A stretch of 64,000 nucleotides of DNA from Podospora anserina (lineage: Eukaryota): assembly GCA_017654855.1 (NCBI GenBank), contig CM030337.1:682001-746000 (forward strand), in the 5' to 3' direction. This document shows positions 48,325 to 61,819 of the stretch, in pieces. The notes below the pieces were generated by a model. The model was not told where the DNA came from. It did not search any database and saw only the letters and a program-made list of their open reading frames with translations. Numbering within the stretch: the stretch's first letter is position 1; each line of letters begins with the position of its first letter. Both the position numbers and the translations under genes were made by a program.

Positions 48325-49483
48325 ATGGCTCCCGCTAACCTCCCCTCCATCTTCAATGCCACCAGCCAGGACATTGAGCAGCTCCTCGCTGCTCAGTGCC
48401 ACATCGGCTCCAAGAAGTACGATCATCTCGAATCTCGAAAAGCTGACGATCTTTTGCTAACCTCACTTTCACAGCTTGGGTGTCCATGCGCAGCGTAAAT
48501 AATCCCCTCACGACCGATTGACGAACGAAGAGAAGATTGGGTTATCTGACAGGTTTCTGCTTGTAGCCTACCTCTGGAAGACTCGCGCCGACGGTGTGAA
48601 CATCATCAACATCGGCAAGACCTGGTATGTGGAGGAAACTCGGCTCGGCGAAGCTATTCGCGAAGAACGGGCCAACACCACGAATTCGAGAAGGAAGTGT
48701 GGAGATTAACACTGTTTGCAGGGAGAAGATCGTTCTCGCTGCCCGCATCATCGCCGCCATTGACAACCCGAGCGATGTCTGCGTCATCTCTGCCCGTCCC
48801 TACGGTCAGCGTGCCGTCCTCAAGTTCGCCGCCCACACCGGCGCTCAGGCCATTGCTGGTCGCTTCACCCCCGGTTCTTTCACCAACTACATCACCCGGT
48901 CGTTCAAGGAGCCCCGCCTGATCGTTGTCACCGATCCCCGCACTGATGCCCAGGCTATCAAGGAGGCTTCGTACGTCAACATCCCCGTCATCGCCCTCTG
49001 CGATACCGACTCTCCCACCGAGTACGTCGATGTTGCCATCCCCACCAACAACAAGGGTCGCCACTCCATCGGTCTCGTCTGGTGGATGCTCGCCCGTGAG
49101 GTCCTCCGCCTCCGCGGCACCATTTACAACCGCGAGGCTCCCTGGGACGTTATGGTCGATCTCTACTTTTGTATGTATACCCCTATTTTCGTCGCAGAAA
49201 GGACAAGAACTAACTCGGCATCACAGACCGCGACCCCGAGGCTGAGGCTGAGGAGAAGGTCGAGGAGGAGAAGCTCCCCGGCGTTGATGAGGAGGGTGTT
49301 GCCGCCATCGAGTCCGGCTTCCCCGCTGCTGGTGGTGACTGGGAGGCTGCTCCCGCTGCCTTCCCCGCTGCCGGTGCTGCCACTGGTGAGTGGTCCGAGG
49401 CCCAGGGTGCCCAGTGGGAGACTGGCACTGGTGCTCCCGCTGCCGACTGGGCTGCTGAGCCCGCCAAGGAGTCTTCGTGGTAG
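48325..49483 (+). CDS. RPS0: 40S ribosomal protein S0/uS2 (5 exons, including a 20-nt microexon 48475-48494)
   Basis: [59 protein letters not shown] and an acidic Trp-containing tail. Confidence 0.96.
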
Positions 49484-51022
49484 ACGACTTTGAGAAAATA
49501 AAAAGCAATTTGGGGTCAGGCGTATCGGCGATATGGGCTCTGGCTTGACTACTTGTCAACACTTTTTCTCTTTCTCCCCTTTCTCCAGGCTGGCTCTCAG
49601 GCTTTTCGTTTGCAACCATTGTGTCCTTGGCGCAGGTAAAATTGACCTGCACTAATGAGGGAAAGATATCCTCTTTGGTGGCTGTCTCTGTTGCTGCCGC
49701 TGGAGAGGGGGAATGCCCTGTGGGGTCAAGAAGAGGTGGACTTGATCGTTATCTCGCCTCGCCTCGGTACGGTTGTATTTTGGACTGGGGCAATCTGGTC
49801 TAGATGGGGGGAATGTTTAGACTTTTTAGCTAACGGGAGCTGACCTGCCCTACTTTTGTGGTACTTTGTGATGTTTGATGTGTGATTATGTTTCCAAAGG
49901 CTGGACTTTTTAGTGACTCTGATCATATCATGAAAAGGGGCTTCTTTGAGGGGACTTGGGCTGGGGGTGGCTTTGACCCTGTAAATTGAGAGTCTCGAAG
50001 AGAAGAGTTTGGTCCTCGGGAAGGTACATTGTATTGATGTGGGTACTCTTTTCAAGAATTGGGAATTCACAGTCAGCCCGTCGGATGCTTTCTTTGGATT
50101 TGATGATTCTGTCTGACAATGGGGGGTTGCGATTGATGTGTTCATCTTCATGGTCAACGGGGATGGGAAACGGTTTGTGCTCTCTTTCATGGTGCTGACG
50201 AGGTAGAAGTGAAAGTATTTGTTGTAGTCTTATTGGAGGAGGTCACTCGATGATATTTTATCACTACCTCTTTCACCAGATTATGGAATAGCGTCAGGCT
50301 TGAGCTAGCTAGGCTGTTGGTTGAGGGGGGTTTGGTGTGTGTGGTTGTGTTTGAAAGAGGGATCTTTTCACGCTTCATGATCATGATGTCAGTGATGTGT
50401 GATATTATTGTCTGCCTTGTGGTGAGGGGTCTGTATGTGTCTTCCCGTGCGTGTTGAGTGTTTGCGTGGATGTGGTGGTTTCGTGTTGATGATGTGCTGG
50501 GGGGGTTGGGTTGGGGGACTGGTTGCTTGCTGTGAGTGGGATCTTGGAGAGGAGTGGCTGTGAGGCTGCTTTTGAGGCGGGAAGGTGCGTTGATGAGGTG
50601 AGGGAGGGTTGGTTTGGTTGGTTTAGATGGAGAGATGCGGAGGGGCGTTTGGTGGGGGGGGAGGAGGAAGGATGTTGTTTTGGGAAGAGGGAGGTGGGGG
50701 AGAGGAGAGGGTGGTGTTGGAGGTTGAAGATAAATAGTCTGTCTTTTTGCCCGGGTGGAGTTTATTTCTTTTTCTCTTCTTCATCATCGTCTTGCGGCAT
50801 CATCTTTGGACATTCGGTTCACTTCTTCCTTTCTAATCTTTCTCTACTTACTTTGGACTTGATGCTGGTCGTCTTGCTCCTTCATCTGACTTCTGATGTG
50901 ACATCTCGTCTCACCTCTTTCTTGACGCTCTTGCCTTCTCGATCTTGCCGCTGCCTATTTGTACATGGTTATTTTCATGTCTTTTTACTTTCAAGAGTTC
51001 ATCTCCCTTCCCGCTTGCCAAC

Positions 51023-52258
51023 ATGGATAACCACCGAGGGGAGCCTCACTCCGGCCTATTCGACATGGGAATTGATCTGTCCGCCTATCTTCAACAACAA
51101 TGTTGTGGGTTTCAGCCTGGTGCTTGACATCGCTCCTGAGGTAATCCTTCCTCCCATCAGCTTGTTTCGATATTCTTTTGAGCCAATGAGACTGGCAAGC
51201 AACAGGTCTCTTATTTCTCTTGAACGCCGTCTCGAGATGAGATTCTTCAGCTCCAGCAGACACTCGGCGATCGCGGTGATCTTCAGCTCTCACCACCTCC
51301 TACAACAGCCCCGGCGACGAGTTATCCCCTTCCACACCCCTTCTCGCATTTCATCCTCTTGACTCTCCTATGTCGCCTTCTATATACTCAACACACAACA
51401 ATATCTCCATCGCCGAACCTAACGCCGTTGTCATGTTCCGCCACCGGAGCCTTTCTATCTTGTTTACCTACCCACTCACCTACCATTTCGACCTACCTGC
51501 TCTACATACAGCACCCCACCTACCGTGCTTACCAACACCTGCACATGCCACCATTGCCTACTGGACTTACGAGCGCAACCCTACCACCTCGAACCACGGC
51601 CCGTGTGTGTAGCAGACTCCCCCGTGCCAAGGTCCTGGCCTTTTTCAGGCACCCCAGAGCCATACCAACAAGCGAGATCAGTGAACTCGCCTTGCGAAAC
51701 TTCCCTCTGGTTGGAGTCACTGTCGCTTGTGCTCTCTGGGAGTACGAACTGATATCCGAAGCCATGCCTGACTGGCCAGAGGACTTGGCGAACTGCTTGA
51801 GGCTATGAGCCAGCCGACCAAGAACAACGCGGAGATACGTTGGGCGGTTCGCCGTCAGCGATCGGCACCGCAAGCGTTATCGTTGTCGACCAGTGGTTCT
51901 CCTGCTCAGAGTCCCCCATGGTGGGGCCTGCCCTTTTGTCGAACCGCGAAACCGACCTACCTAGCGGGAAACATACCTTGTCACGGTGCCTTCCCGGTGT
52001 GCATATGGGCATCGAGGGCATGGCGGTGGCCAGCCAACGGCTCGTCCAAATGTCCAGCTTTTTAACTGGGAGACCACCTTCGACCTGTTTATGGAGAACA
52101 CCTCGGGGTCGAGGCCTTCACGCTTTGTCTGGACCAGGAGGAAGAAGTGCGATTGTTGCAAGAGCCTTAAAGTCACGCGAGAAACGCGTGACTATACCGC
52201 GACTCACGTCAACTCCCACATCCATTTCTGCACAAGGACTGGAGACTTGCGTGTGTGA
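51023..52258 (+). pseudogene. Candidate decayed gene of unknown family
   Basis: Strong CAAC-ATG-G start after a pyrimidine-rich leader. One frame runs ~410 codons with about six internal stops. Confidence 0.3.
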
Positions 52259-54241
52259 AAGGTGGGATTGGGGAAGAGAAACTGAGAGAGAGGGTGTAGT
52301 CTGAGAAGCAGGAACAGGGTCACGATAAAACGAGGTTTATACAATGGGGTTTGCTTATTTTTGGGGTTTTTTTGAGCTTTGATTGGGCCCGGAAGGATAT
52401 GATGATGGAGATGAAGGGTGGTTGCTAGGTCTCTAGTGGGTACACAGGAGTTTGGGTGGATGTTGGGGAGTTTGTGAGAGACGGTTGGGTTGTTGCTCGG
52501 TTCGGCGATGTGAGGAAGTATTGTGTAGGTACGGTACCTATATTGATCGAGACCTGAACCGGCAGGCGCGGGTGATAATCGGGGTTTTGTGATGACGTAG
52601 AGATGTTTGAGTTATTGGGAGATGATGGTGAATACAAGCGTGCTACAGAGCTCGACCAAGTTCTCTTCCAACATGTGATGTGATGTTGACTTCGGTGATC
52701 GCGGACGACTGTTTCCTGCCCGCATTTATTGGTGATCAGGATATGTGATGCCAGCATTTGGACATAGGTTCGTTTGGTTGGGAAGATGAGTAACTCCATG
52801 GAGGTACTCGGATAATTTTGAGAAGTGATGCCAATCAAGATGAAGACAATAATATCTCGACAAATTTATTTTCAAGGGAGACTCCCCATAGTTGAGATTG
52901 AAAAGGATATAAAAGTCCATTAATGGTAAGTAGGAAGCAACTGCCAACCGTTGATATTTCTTGGGCAGCATAGCTTGAGTGAGAGGACCATCTTTCCCTC
53001 GCGGGTGCAATTGATAACTCTGTCGAAAGATGAATGCTTCAACTTCAACCACTTTCAAGATTCAAACACCACAACACCAGAAACCACCACTCCAACCCAC
53101 TCACCTCAGCAAATCTTCCCAACCCACCTTGACCCAGCCAATCTCAACTCAACAACGTCCGATTCTGAGACATTCATAGCACCCCATCAAGTCAGCACGT
53201 GGTAGCAGTCAGCCTCACTCTCAACAAACATTACCATCGTCGATCGATCCCGTCATTACTTTCCCTTCCCATCCCAAGAGCTGACTTGACCCCCACCTTC
53301 CCCGACCGCCCCCGCTTTCATCCCATCTTTTTCCCGCACTCGCTTGATCATTTCGGCCTGCATACAACTTGCATGCAGCCATTCTCAAACTTCGGTTATG
53401 CCAGGAACAGAAACATGAATACTACTTACTCCCAAAAACCATTGCTTCCCTTCCGCTGGTGTGAATTCCCGGGGCCTGACCAGCCCAGCCAAGAGTAAGA
53501 CGCGACAGAACCACAAAGCGATACCCCAGAACGAAGTCAAAACGGTCCCAATGGGACAGTCAGATGCGTACCAGGGTGGTTACCATGCAGGAGGACATCC
53601 TTTGTATTGGGTTTGACAGACGAGAGAAAAAGAAGAGACAAAGCAACAGCCAGTTGACAACTGATACCTCGGCAGTTTTCTTACTCGTGTCAAACACCGT
53701 CACAAGACTCGGGTAAAGAAAGTCGTGATGTCTCTCAGTTACAAGTTCACCCTCGCCAAGCCCCGCCTGACCTAGCAGTCGATCGCCATCAGTCAGATCT
53801 CGATTGGCAAGGTATGACCGCATCAAAAAAAGCCCCCAAGAAAAGATGTGTCTGTCGATCAGGCACAGGAACAACAAAACTGCCTGTGGGGAACAGTCTC
53901 GTTGTTGGATGTTCAAAACAGTAACACAAGTAATAAGTGACGTTGCCATCGCCCGCCCTCCGGCCAACCGCATGGTCATGTCATGTGCATATCCGTACAT
54001 CACCTACCTCGCATTGCATTTCTTTTCTTTGAAGAAAAACAAAAACGCAGTGAAACGTCTGTCGGCATAAGCGGCGGCGGGCGGCGGCGCGGGGTTAGGA
54101 GGAGGGATGGGAGGGAATTGTCAGCGCGACGTCATTGCATGAGATCAGGGGTGGGCGGCCCAAGAGAAGGGAGAAAAAAATAAAGGCAGACGCCACTCCG
54201 CAGATGTGAACTGAACCGGAGTGGTGGGAATTTGTTGAGAT

Positions 54242-54281
54242 TGTGTGTGTGTGTGTGTGTATGTGTGTGTGTGTGTGTGTG
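54242..54281. repeat. (TG)n microsatellite with one interruption
   Basis: Directly visible. Confidence 0.92.
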
Positions 54282-55615
54282 CATTTGCCTCATTTCCAAC
54301 GCAGAACCCTGGTCCCGCAGTGTCACTCCTGCAATTTTTGGGTGTACTAGCTATGAAACTGTGATTTGAATCTGATGAGAAGAATGGCCCGAGGCAGCAC
54401 GTGGATTTTGGGGTTTAACTTCCCACAACATGGAGAGAAAGAATAGAGACCAGACCCCGAAGAGCTAAACATCATCATGCATGACCACGCGGGGAACAAC
54501 AGCATGAATGAGGGGTAGCAAAAGACCCAATCTCCAGGACTTTTCCCAGGATGTGGGTTCCAGGAACTGAGTTGACTCGTAGGAGACCCCCTTCTTTATC
54601 CCTTCTGGAAGCGCTGTCTGGCGGAGCACGAGGAGCTGGCCGTTCAAGCTAGAAGGATTGGAACGGGGACCGCTCGGACACGGCGCCGTTATTATGGGAT
54701 GAGGAGATCTCATGACCCGATGTCGGTTCGGTTCGAGGAGGAGGACTCATCTTTGTTCCAGTCCACTGGTTATTTCTTTGCGGTCCGGCCATTCCAGAAC
54801 AGAGGAGGACAACCCTGAAGAATTGGATTTGAGGGGGGCCGTAGTGTACCGGGGGACGGGGTGTAGTTGTGTTTGCTGGTGATGCTTGAAGCCCCACGCA
54901 CACCTGTCCCACATCACGGTCGAGGATCTCTCTCGGTTCCCAGCCGCCGAGGTGCATGACGCAGTGTTCAGGAAGACTGCGAATCATGGGGAGAGACGGG
55001 GTGCTGCTGTGGTGACACAGAGGTGGTGTTGAACTTTGAAACCAACATGGAAAAAGAATAAGAAAAAATAAAAGCAAGAAAGATGAATATGAGGATGTCA
55101 TGGTCAAGACCAGTCAGTGACTGAAAGTGAGGTGGTCTGGGCAACGCGTGTGATCCCGGATTGGATGATCGAGGAAACCTTGCTCACCCGCATCGGCAAC
55201 GCTAGTTCTGGGTCGAACCGTGCGCGCGGTACAGTACAACACTTTTTTTGGCCAGTGGTGTCGAGGAAACGCAACTCGGGCCCATCTGAGGGATTGTCCA
55301 TTGCTGCAGCTAATGGTGTAGACTCTCTCGAGACAATAGTCAACAGAATGACAGAATGATAGAGTGACAGAGTGACAGCGAAAACAACAAGAGAGGAAGG
55401 AGAAGAAAAAGAAAAAGAAGTGATGAAATTGGTTCCCCCGGTTCCATCTTTCATCCCATGCAGCCCGGTCCCACAGGCAAATTTCCTACACACGGACCTT
55501 ATCCGCGCTGAGCTCAACTCACGGTTCTCCATGGCGGGTGGTTCACCGGTTGGCTGGCTCCCGCCTTGTCTCCTGTCACCTGTGGCTGCTGCACTGCATT
55601 GCATCCTTGGTATTC

Positions 55616-55710
55616 TCCAATCCCAATCCCAATCCCAATCCTAATTCCTTGTCCTTGTCCTTATTCTTGTCCTTGTCCTTGTCCTTGTCCTTGTCCTTGT
55701 CCTTGTCCTC
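55616..55710. repeat. Compound hexamer array (TCCCAA)n + (TCCTTG)n upstream of the RasGEF gene
   Basis: Directly visible. Confidence 0.9.
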
Positions 55711-56112
55711 GTCTTATCCTCGTCTTCCTCTTTTGCTGGCTGTCGCTGTCGCTGTCTGTTGAGGATTTGTTAGAATCGCAGCTGCGTGTTTGTATCACCC
55801 GTCCGACCTTTATGGCGTCGTGCAATACCCGTACGTGACTCCCTCCTGTGCTCGTTTGCCCTCCTCTGTCCTTCCCTGGCCTGTGTGATCAGGACCACCC
55901 AGACTCGCACTGGACGACTGTGCTCGCATCATCGCACTCTCCCTTTCTTCCCCTTGCCTTGCCTTATGCAAAAACTCACCCACCAGCCAAGCCCCCTCGA
56001 ATCTGCAAGTCCGTTTGACTCATTCATGTCTTGCATCACAGACGTCGACGCGACAAGGAGAAGCAGCAGCATTCATCGCCGCTCTGCACAATAGGAGCTG
56101 GTTCCCCCCGCA

Positions 56113-59100
56113 ATGGAGGCCGAGCAGTCGTCGGCTCCCCTAGCGACTAGCCCGACGACGACACTACCGATAATTCCCCAATCACCACGGTCGCCAAAAA
56201 CAACAACGACACCGCGGGATGGACGCTTCCGAAAGACGCCGCCAAGGCTCAGGAAGGATGGCGAGAGGCCAAAGACGGGAGGAGGCCGGGGCGCCGCCGC
56301 AGCAGCAGCTATCGGACTGGCAAGGACGAAACTATGGGCATCATCCTCAGCTGCGCATTCAAAACCGCTGCTTCCGGTGACGGAGCGGAGGTCTCAGGAA
56401 GAGAACCTGGCGGGGCGGAGAGCAAAGAAGGCCAGTGTGGACGATGAAAAGTGGGATATTGCTCTGGATGGGGGATCGGCCGGCCGAGAAGGGCGGAATT
56501 TCGCTGTCGCAAATGTCGGGCACAACGGTCGAATTTATTTGAGGTAAGCGAACACGGTGACCGGGTTCATGTTTGCCCCCCACACGGTGGGCGTTTTTGA
56601 CATCTCGCTTGGGGTACCCCCGTCCCCTTGGTTGACAAAGGGGGCTTGATATATTGACCATTGTTCCTAGGCCAACCGTCCGCCCTGCCAACCAGCGTTA
56701 CCCGCAGCCTCCGTTTGTGTTTCCCATGACACCGCCGGGTACTGCCGGACTTGAGCCTCTGCCATCAGATAGACGTCGGGATCACCGGGACGACAACGCG
56801 CAGGGAAGGCCAGGAACTACTACTCGCCCGCAGTTTCCCCCGTCAACACCAAGCCTGACTCGCCAGGACTCGGGGGAGAAGCATGTTCAGATACGCCAGA
56901 GACATCGTCGAGCCATGTCGGATTCCACAGTGCGGGAAACCAGCGTGGCCAGGGAGTCGGAGCCGGGAGAATTCAAGATCGTCATTACTCAGCCGGGGGA
57001 GAATGAAAGACCACGAACGGTCGAGGACTTGGACATGACCAGGACGCCGCTGATCGAAGTGTCGATTCCGTCATGGAGGATAGGAACGCCTCGGTTCAGC
57101 GTTCGCGGCACGCCGTTTATTCGTGGTTCGTCTTATGCCCCTACTGAGGATGTTCGATCAAGCCGCGCTTCGTTCTTCAACTACACGCCCGTCGATGCCA
57201 TTTCCAGCATATCCAAAACCCCAGATGCAACACGACAGCACCCGCACCCTCCTGCTATGCCGCCCAACCAGGATGGAAATGCAGTTCCTCCCTCGGTCCC
57301 ACTACGGGCGCCATATCTTTCGACCCATCTCGTGATAGAGCCCTCCATGTTTGACTCGCTGACTTTTAAGCCGGCCTGCGATGACCGATCTATTGTGAGA
57401 TACTCACCCTCGGGATCCGTGACGGCAGCCACTCCACCGCGGCTCGTGGCCGAAATTACATCTCCGAGCTTTCTCGACTACGAACTACTCTCGGATTTTT
57501 TTCTCACTTACCGATCGTTCCTAGAACCATCAGATCTTCTCCGCATGCTCTTTGCTCGCCTCAGGTGGGCATTGGGAAGGAGTGACGAGGCGGGCATGGT
57601 GGTTAGAGTCCGAACATTTGTTGCTCTGCGGCACTGGATTCTGAACTACTTCACCGACGACTTTGTAGTCGACTACGACCTCCGGTTTGCCTTTTGCGAG
57701 TTATTGAACGAGTTTGTCGACGAGATCTCCCAAGACGCGATAGCAAAGAAGGTGCCGCTTAAGATTCTGGCCGAGCTGAAAAAGTGCTGGAGGAGGGTGT
57801 GTGCCCAGTTTTGGGACGGGCCAGAGTTTGACGCTTCGCTCCCGACGGGCGTCCCGATATCGCCTGGTGGCATTGCTGGCCATCGTGATCCCAGTCTGGA
57901 CCCGACTTTTTGGACGGCAAAGGTTGATGATGATGCTGGGCCGCCGCAGATTGATGGGCTGATTACGCCTGTTAGTCCGAGAGGACACACGAGTTTTTTG
58001 GCCGAGGTTTCGAGGGCCGGGCATATCGACTCGGTGGTGGTGGGGGAGCGGCCGGCGACGCCTGAGAACCCTACCATACCGGATACGGAGTTTACAAGGA
58101 ACCAGCAGGCTTCGCCCGGCAGCATCACTAGTGTTGATGTGGTTTCTTGTTCGCTTCCTACCAAGAGCATGCGGTTTCATCACAGCGCCGGATACCCGCT
58201 CGCTGCTCACCCTGCGGACTTGAGCTCGATGTATAATGCTAGTTCTGACCCTATTGCGATGACGCCGAGGGCGTTGGTGGGCAAGCGGGTGCGTCCGAAT
58301 CACTCGCACAAGCGCAACGCGAGCCTGAGTGATTCTCTGCGTGATCATGCCACCATGACGGAGAGGGTTATCTACAAGAATGCAGAGTTTCTGCTTACGC
58401 TGCCGTATTCGGGGAGCTTGGTGAGGGGTGGTTTGATGCCGCCGTCGCAGGCGTTTGTGGAGGTTATTCCTGGCTCGTCTGGGGCGGGGTCGAGGCAGAC
58501 GACTTTGTTTCAGCCGGCTGCTGAGTTGCCCAAGGAGAGCAGGCTGGTGGCGTCGGCGATGTCGGGCCAGGGGATGAAGAAGCTTTTGGGGAGTGTGCGG
58601 AGGGCACTGAGCACAAGGGGGCAGGCGCTCTCATCGTCTACGCAGACGTATGTCAACATCTCGCCTATTGGCCCCAAGGGCGCGACGACGAATAGGTTAC
58701 CGGGTACTGCGATAGTTCCGCAGTCTCGGGCCCGGCAGAATAACGGTGCGGGACCCCCTGTGAGGATTGATTTGTTGAGCGCGGAGATCGCAGAGGACTT
58801 TAAGAAGGCTGTGCGGGAGGATGCTGCTGCCGAGGCGGAGAATCAAGGGTGCGAGCCTCCGTCGGCGCCGGCTGGGGAGTATTCAGCCGCGCATATGGAC
58901 ACCACCTTTGACTTTGGACCCGATTTTGGGGTTGGGGAGATGAGGCCGACGAGCGACATGGGGATCACCACGGGGAGCAAGTCGATTGTGATTGTGGATG
59001 ACACCCTGCTGCCGGAGAATGATTACCCTGCCATGACGGGGGCTTTACCGGCGGTGAATTCGAACTCGTCAATGGAGGCTTTTGCCGAGACGTTTATGCC

Positions 59101-61819
59101 CCACGGTGGGGATCCCACTCCGCCGACGACGCCGCCCGGGGCGAGGGATATGGGGGTGCCGAGGAGGTCTTCTTATATTCTTGGGCATCAGCCGTTGCGG
59201 CACTCGCAGTCTGCGGATCCGTTGCCGCCGTTTGTACCTGACATGGCGACGTTGGGGTCGTCGGAGAGCGGGAGGCCGTCGCATGACTGGGTCAGGCCGT
59301 CGTTTGATTTTTTGAACCAGACGCCTAACCGGCCGCCGTTGAGCGGTGTGACGGCGCAGGGGCAGGGGCATACGAGGCAGGGGTCCAGCAGGTCGTTTGT
59401 GTCGAGTCGGAGTAGAGGTCCGAGGAGGTATGCGTCCTTAACGAGTGGGATCATGCCTCGCCGGTCGACGACGGTTAGGAGTTTTGATGCGACGACGTAC
59501 TCGGAGGGAAGTGTAATTGGGGGGGCGGATGAGTCGTCCCAGGCGGTGATGATTCCGGAGCCGTTGAGGGTTTTGAGGAGGAGGCCGGGAGGGGATTTGA
59601 GGGCTGTTACTAACGTTGGCGAGCTGGATCCGGCGGGGGTTAGGAGGTCGAGGAGTGTGGGGAGTTTGACGACGTATACGGATTCGATCAACAGCTCGTC
59701 GTTTGTGAGGAGTCCGGTTCTGGAGATGGGGGGTGGGTATGTCGATGTGGTTGCGAGTGACTACTCGCCGCGGAGGGGGAATGAGGCTTTTTCGTTGGGG
59801 GCGATTACGAAGAAGCAGCAGCCTGTGACGGAAAAGGCGGAGAAGAAGTTGAGTTTGTTCAGCACGCACTCTTCCAAGCCGATTATGAGGCCGAGTTTTG
59901 AGGCCGAGGCGCAGAAGCTGGCGCAGATTCCGGATGATGTGGATGATGATGGGGGGGTGGAGTCGGCGTTGTTGAAGTTGGAGGGGAGGTTTGAGAGGAG
60001 GGTCCCAGGGGGGAAGTTATCGATGGATTTGAAGGGGACAGTGCCGCAGATTGATATTTCGGCGGAGGAGAGCGAGACGGTGGATGAGAGTAGGGTTTCG
60101 AGGGAGGAGCATAGGCATGTCCACCTGGGTGATGAGGGGGCGCATCCGTTGTCGCTGTCGACGATTCCGACTACGATCAGTGTGCAGGGGGGATTGTTGG
60201 ATGTGGCTGGTCGTCAGGGGCGGAATGCGGATGTGCAGTCTTTTCTGTCGGATGATTCGAGGGCTTCGTATTCGACGCCTTTGTTAGAGATGGATGATGA
60301 GGGCAGCAAGAGGACTGTGACGAGGGAGTGGACGGACCGGTCGGTGTTCCAGGGGCCGGATGAGGATGGGGCGACGCCGATGGATGGGAGGAGTGTTCAG
60401 GGGTCGAACCCCTCTTATGATTTTATTATGAAGACGGATAGCATGGAGAGGATGAGGGGCGGGAATGCACTGACGGTGCCGGAGGGGGGGGCGAGGAAAA
60501 GTGCGGAGCAGTCGTTTCTTGATGTGGAGAGCGATCATGACAGCGATCTGTCTTCGGAGTTGTCGATGGAGGTGATTGACTATCGTGAGGCTGATGTTGA
60601 TCCCTATGCACCGTCGAATATTGGGATTGCTGTGTCGACCCTTCCGGCACACCCACTGGCGGATGTTACACCGGGCTATCAGCCGTCCCATCAGACGGGC
60701 TCTAGTCCAACAAACCCCCCGTCACCGCCAATGACGCTCATCCAGGCTCTTCACCTGTCTCCGGAGACTGCTTGCGTCCCAACGTTGGAGGACCATCAAG
60801 TCTGGGGCGAGAAGCCACTTCCACCTACTCCGGATATCACGCCTACTGTGACAGCCGCACCTCCCTACGACACAACACAACTGCCACGCGCCTCGCCCGC
60901 TGACCCGACAGGCACGAAAGAAGCCTTGCGAAACGCGCCTAAGCTCGAGATTCCCGATCCTCTTGCGTCCCCGGATGCTTCCATCACGGCCCCAGCAAAA
61001 CTCAACGCCCATCTGCCCTTCATCCTGGCCTTCGACAGCGACATTCTCGCCCAACAATTCACCCTCATCGAAAAGGACGCCCTGAACGAAATCGACTGGA
61101 AAGAATTGATTGACATGCGTTGGAAGAACGCCGAGCAAAAAGCCGGCGGGGGGATCAACGCCCGCTCCTGGGTTTCGTTTTTACGGGACACCGACGCGAG
61201 GGGTGTGGAGGTTGTGATTGCGAGGTTCAACATCATGGTCAAGTGGGCCATTTCGGAAATCGTGCTCACGCAGGACATGGAGGAGAGGGCGAGGTGTCTG
61301 ATCAAGTTTATTCACATTGCTGCTCGTTGCAGGTGGTACCGGAATTTTGCCACGATGGCGCAGCTGACGATTGCGCTCACGTCGAACGAGATTTCGAGGT
61401 TGACGAGGACTTGGTCCATGATCCCTGCGTCTGACACCAAGACGCTTCAGGAGCTGGAGCAGTTGATGTCGCCGATGAGGAATTTTTACAATTTGAGAGA
61501 GGAGATGGAGGGAGGGGGGAAGATGGGCGCCAGGGCGAGCATGGAGATGGGGTGTATTCCCTTTGTGGGGATTTACACGCATGACTTGCTGTTTAATGCG
61601 CAAAAACCGTCAGAGATTGCGAGCTCGCCGACGGGGGCGCCGCTGGTGAATTTTGAACGGTGCAGGGTCGCGGCTGGGGTGGTGAAGACGTTGCTGAGGC
61701 TGCTGGAGGCGAGCACGGTTTATGAGTTTGAGGCTGTGGAGGGGGTGACGGAGAGGTGTTTGTGGATGGGGGCGTTGGAGGAGGGGGAGATTAAGAGGTT
61801 GGTTGGGTGGTTGGAGTAA
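56113..61819 (+). CDS. LTE1: Lte1-like RasGEF (N-terminal REM domain, long S/P-rich linker, C-terminal CDC25 domain); intron 56544-56670
   Basis: DYELLSDFFLTYRSF and RVRTFVALRHWILNYF (REM). LAQQFTLIEKDAL.EIDWKEL, RNFAT, CIPFVGIY and LVNFER (CDC25). Confidence 0.85.

Noticed and set aside
50511-51362. 283-aa + strand ORF
   Set aside because: Non-ATG start; crosses G-rich and pyrimidine-rich non-coding-like tracts; no domain.
55538-55838. LS/CP-repeat ORFs
   Set aside because: Products of hexamer microsatellites.
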